A stretch of 64,000 bases of DNA, from positions 992,001 through 1,056,000 of the forward strand of contig NW_025964372.1 in NCBI RefSeq assembly GCF_023055435.1, written 5' to 3'. The stretch is from Haliotis rufescens. Its lineage: Eukaryota. The notes under the pieces were generated by a model. The model was not told the DNA's origin and did not search any database. It was given only the letters and a program-made list of their open reading frames with translations. This document shows, piece after piece, positions 61,301-64,000 of this stretch (its first letter is position 1; every line of letters starts with the position of its first letter). The position numbers and the translations under genes were made by a program.

Positions 61301-63014
61301 CTGACCACTCTAATTTTACAGTGTTTCACATGGGCCTGGTATCTGGCAAACGACATGCAGTTCTACGTCTTGAGCCCGCTCATTCTTATTCCACTCTTCT
61401 AGTAAGTAAGGTTAGGGATAATGAGTCACACTGTTACGAGCACTGAACTTTAAATGAAGATGACAGTGCATCCGTTCCATGGCAACATCGAACACTATTT
61501 GTATGACAACAGATTGGAGTTAGTAGTCAAATTCAGTCCCCATTATACCTGTGAAAAGTTAAGAGGTATATATGCTTGTTATACCTTTTAAAATGCGATG
61601 TTGTGTGTATAACATGTCTCAGGGACCAACTATTTATTATGGTGGCAGATACAACTATATTTAATTCTGGATTGATTCTTTTTTTCCAAATAGCGCTGTT
61701 GTCTCTTATTTTGTGAATGAACACTTCTTTGAGGACGATTTCTGACTGTATTATAATGATTCAGATCTCTTCAATATATATACGCTAGGTAATGTACAGT
61801 TACATATGTATGTCATCCGTAAAGATACGGGGTAGAATAGATCTTCAGCAACTCATGCTTGTCGTAAGAGGCGACTAACTGGATCGTATGGTCAGGCTCG
61901 CTGACTTGATTCATGCATGTCATCGTATTCCAACTGCATGGATCGATGCTCATGATATCAATCACTGGATTGCCTAGTCCAGACTCGATTATTTACAGAC
62001 CACCGTCGTATAGCTAGAATATTGCTGAGGGCGAAATTAAACATCAAACCATCAAAACAAAACAGTTTAGTTTGCTAATTTGGAGTGGCATTATTATTAT
62101 AATTAGTATCATATGTAATTTCGGTTTTGTATAAGTGATAAGTCATCAATAATTAGCAGAAGAGGTAAGTTATCTAAATTAATTAGTAGATGCCTATTCC
62201 ATTATTAGTAATGTATATGATACATATTCCAGGGTTAGTAATTAATATAATACGTATTTATACGTATGATTTAATGTTGTTACAAATAATTGGACCCGTG
62301 ACGATCCGGGTTAGAATAGGTCTTCAGCAACCCATGCTTGCCGTAAAAGGCGACTATGCTTGTCGTAAGAGACCATTAACGGGGTGGTCAGGCTCGCTGG
62401 CTTGGTTGATTCGTGTCATCGATCCCAATTGCGTCAATCGATGCTCGTGATGTCAATCCCTGGATTGTCTGGTCAAGACTCGATTATTTACAGACCGCCG
62501 TCATATAGCTGGAATATTGATGAGTGCTGCGTTAAACAACAAACCAACCAACCATGGCTCTTATGTAGGATGGCTGTTTTCCAAGGGTGTCCTGTTTCGG
62601 CAGATAGGGTTTGACCTCCGTGTTTGAACTACAATGTTATCCGTCTCTCACACCCCAAGGGGGGTAACTCGGGTGCAGGATGAATCACCAATAACCCATG
62701 CTTGTCGTAAGAGCCAAGTGATGAGGATCGGATGGTCATATCGTGTGACATTGTTGGTTGGGGGTCATTGCTCATGCTTTCACTCACCGGTTTGTCTGAC
62801 CCAGACTCGATTATTAGCAGGCCGCCGTGATGAACCTGGAATATTGCTGACTTTGCATAAAACAACATCTGTTTGTATCCTTTAATTCCAGTTCGGAGAT
62901 CCTCGGTATGGTTGTGATCGGTGTCTTCATGGCTGCTACTCTCACGACTGCTGGTTTGATATCAAGGCTGAACAACATGACCACGGGTATATTATACCAG
63001 ACGGAGGGAACACC
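46372..63014 (+). CDS. nrf-6: Nose-resistant-to-fluoxetine-6 (NRF-6/OACYL)-like acyltransferase-3 membrane protein, 5' 11 exons; gene continues beyond window
   Basis: Exons 46372-46759, 48903-49057, 51332-51428, 52027-52114, 52993-53273, 55197-55376, 56243-56339, 56895-56987, 60172-60337, 61322-61401 and 62892-63014 are all phase-consistent. Signal peptide; NRF domain WALQMLDAFGKP..G..WLGSFDEC..YC..GMCMPDSCS; AT3 motifs HGIRFLSMTWVILGH, SVDTFFTLSGLL, HRFWRLTP, WWTNLLYINN, WYLANDMQFY. Confidence 0.92.
47447..47723 (-). mobile_element. SINE family A, full-length
   Basis: Family A reverse complement; TSD TCAG(A/C)GTCAAAG. Confidence 0.88.
47730..48270 (+). mobile_element. Decayed Tc1-like transposase fragment
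   Basis: TTQREDRFLLIAAR..FVTATSL (HTH region), FFTDE (first catalytic Asp) and a G-G-x-x-V-x-W-like segment, with frameshifts. Confidence 0.65.
48510..48755 (+). mobile_element. SINE-like family C, full-length
   Basis: GACTGTGAAGATCCAGGTTAGAATTGGTCATCAGCAACCCATGCTTGTCG...GCTGAGTGCGGCCTTAAACAA. Confidence 0.85.
49420..51000 (+). mobile_element. Decayed RTE-clade LINE (endonuclease + RT remnants, internally deleted)
   Basis: HGVSFAV, TLISVYVP, GDFNARV (AP endonuclease); PKPQHGFMAERPTADMVFTLRLLQEKCREQ..FINLTKAF and GVREGCVLAPTLF (RT), with stops and frameshifts. Confidence 0.88.
51714..51865 (-). mobile_element. SINE family B, diverged
   Basis: Reverse complement of family B. Confidence 0.78.
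52532..52701. mobile_element. Short MITE of the CATCTTCCCGAGGCAAG family
   Basis: Both TIRs present with a very short internal sequence. Confidence 0.82.
54506..54991 (+). repeat. 52-bp minisatellite (~9-10 units, some internally deleted) in the intron before NRF-6 exon 6
   Basis: Unit AACCACCTCGTGGGTTTGGGTGTAAGCTGCTGTTAGCATTCCCTGTCTACAG; period confirmed at 54811/54863. Confidence 0.93.
55735..56115. mobile_element. Palindromic non-autonomous DNA element with long terminal hairpin
   Basis: TTTATCATCCAA/TTGGATGATAAA inverted pair, then a ~140-bp hairpin GTGTCTTTTGATATCAA..GGCAAGCC..TTGATATCAAAAGACAC. Confidence 0.6.
56595..56793 (-). mobile_element. SINE family D (tRNA head + V-domain-like body)
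   Basis: Reverse complement CCGTGGTCTAGTGGTAGAGCG..GGTTCGATCCCCGACCGCGTCATACCAAAAGAC..GATGGTAC..CCTGTCAGGCGCTCGGCA. Confidence 0.8.
57123..57530. mobile_element. hAT-family MITE
   Basis: TIR TAGGGCTGGGA; exact 8-bp TSD CTCTGTAA (57115-57122 and 57531-57538); subterminal GGGTACCC repeats. Confidence 0.92.
57722..57885 (+). mobile_element. SINE family B, full-length
   Basis: Family B consensus; TSD-like TAAGTGA. Confidence 0.87.
58733..60132 (-). mobile_element. 5'-truncated, internally deleted R4/Dong-like non-LTR retrotransposon
   Basis: GCKDQLL, IDY.KA..SVPHEWI, RRGLFQGDSFSPLLFC, HLLYMDDL, GMTFGLDKC, YTYLG, SELNARNKVKATNTYAVPVLSYSFG, YLP..QGGRGL, with stops and frameshifts; flanked by (TAA)n on both sides. 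Confidence 0.88.
60890..61160 (+). mobile_element. SINE family B interrupted by a one-ended MITE (~60973-61094)
   Basis: SINE B head, then MITE end ...CTTGCCTCGGGAAGATG, then SINE B tail; ATAA(G/A)GGTGTCCTC is duplicated around the insert. Confidence 0.72.
61815..62062 (+). mobile_element. SINE-like family C
   Basis: Family C consensus. Confidence 0.85.
62292..62553 (+). mobile_element. SINE-like family C with duplicated hairpin module
   Basis: GGACCCGTGACGATCCGGGTTAGAATAGGTCTTCAGCAACCCATGCTTGCCGTAAAAGGCGACTATGCTTGTCGTAAGAG... Confidence 0.87.
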
Positions 63015-63140
63015 GTAGGTTTAGCTTGAAGTGATTTCTATCTAGTAGCTATCTAGTTGTCGTTGTATTAATTCATAGTAGTGACACTGCATTCTGTATT
63101 GGCACATTAATCATATTATATAAACAATTTATCTTTTGAA

Positions 63141-63435
63141 ATTGTGAGTCACTTGTGACTTGAGATTCTTGTGACTCTTGTGATTTGTGACGCTTGTGAG
63201 TCACTTGTGACCTTAAGATTCTTGTGACCATTGTGACCTTGTGAGTCATTTGTGACTTGAGATTCTTGTGACCCTTGCGAGTCACTTGTGACTTGAGATT
63301 CTAGAGTCACATGTGACTTGTGACGCTTGTGAGTCACTTGTGACCTTAAGATTCTTGCGACCCTTGTGACTTGTGACCCTTATGAGTGATGACTCTTGTG
63401 ATGTGTGACCCTTTCACCCTTGATCTTTGTGACAA
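63141..63435. repeat. Complex short-period repeat built on TTGTGAC/GAGTCAC motifs
   Basis: Many TTGTGAC(T/C) units with a longer sub-period (GAGTCACTTGTGACCTTAAGATTCTTG recurs). Confidence 0.85.
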
Positions 63436-64000
63436 AGCGATGGAATCTCTAATGTCTGGAATCATGTGCTGTCGTAGGAGATGGCTGACTTTCGCTCTTA
63501 TTTATAGACTGCTAAGGACCAAAATAGTCATTTTCAGTCAAAGGCGTGGTCCTGTTCAAATGTGTAGTAGTGTAGGATGCCATAAAAACCCAATTCATTC
63601 GGCAAGAATACAAGACAATAACAGAACTTTAAGCTGTGTTTGTTAGTGCACATGTACCCCTGTGCAAACGTAGGACGTTACTCATAATATCTACCATTGG
63701 TTTCCGAGTTGTTATTCTGTATTTCAACCATATTCTTTTTCTTAAAAAGGTAGAAAAACGTGTGTTCCTAACCCTTAGAAAAGGCATAAGTCAGTAGTTA
63801 ATCGTTGGAACAACGATATATACTAATTTGACTTTTCAATTATTTGCGACAAGGTTACGAGGTCATCTTGCTGAAATCCAAACAAACAAAACATTTCTTT
63901 GAAAAAATTCAGGCTCATACCTTAAATGTAAAAAAACAACCTTGATTTGTAGTTGTAGCTGAAAACATATCTAATGTCGACACCAACCCAACACCCCTCC

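Noticed and set aside
62292-62385. Calling the family C head an HDV-like ribozyme
   Set aside because: P1/P2/P3/P1.1 could not be assigned in the HDV order; reported only as an unclassified pseudoknot.

Overview
Eukaryotic, AT-rich, repeat-dense genomic DNA with spliceosomal introns. The SINE repertoire suggests a gastropod mollusc, probably abalone (inference). I could assemble five protein-coding genes by hand from GT-AG junctions with consistent phases. (1) A 4-exon PLAAT/HRASLS (LRAT/NlpC-P60) acyltransferase on the minus strand with an N-terminal 14-aa repeat. (2, 3) A head-to-head pair of acyl-CoA-synthetase/AMP-binding genes, each with an intronless CDS and unusual adenylation motifs. 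(4) A 7-coding-exon, about 549-aa, mostly disordered acidic protein whose C-terminus resembles the MEILB2/HSF2BP-binding helix of the meiotic factor BRME1, usually described from vertebrates. (5) The 5' part (11 exons) of an NRF-6/acyltransferase-3 membrane O-acyltransferase that runs off the window end. Non-coding content: a >5-kb 33-bp satellite with ~1.77-kb higher-order structure, four SINE families (three share one 3' tail; one has a non-tRNA, pseudoknot-forming head), several MITEs, and decayed RTE, R4/Dong-like and Tc1 elements. There is also an intronic 52-bp minisatellite built from an exon-6-like coding sequence, and one assembly gap. Most short ORFs in the supplied track are spurious (repeats or antisense shadows).
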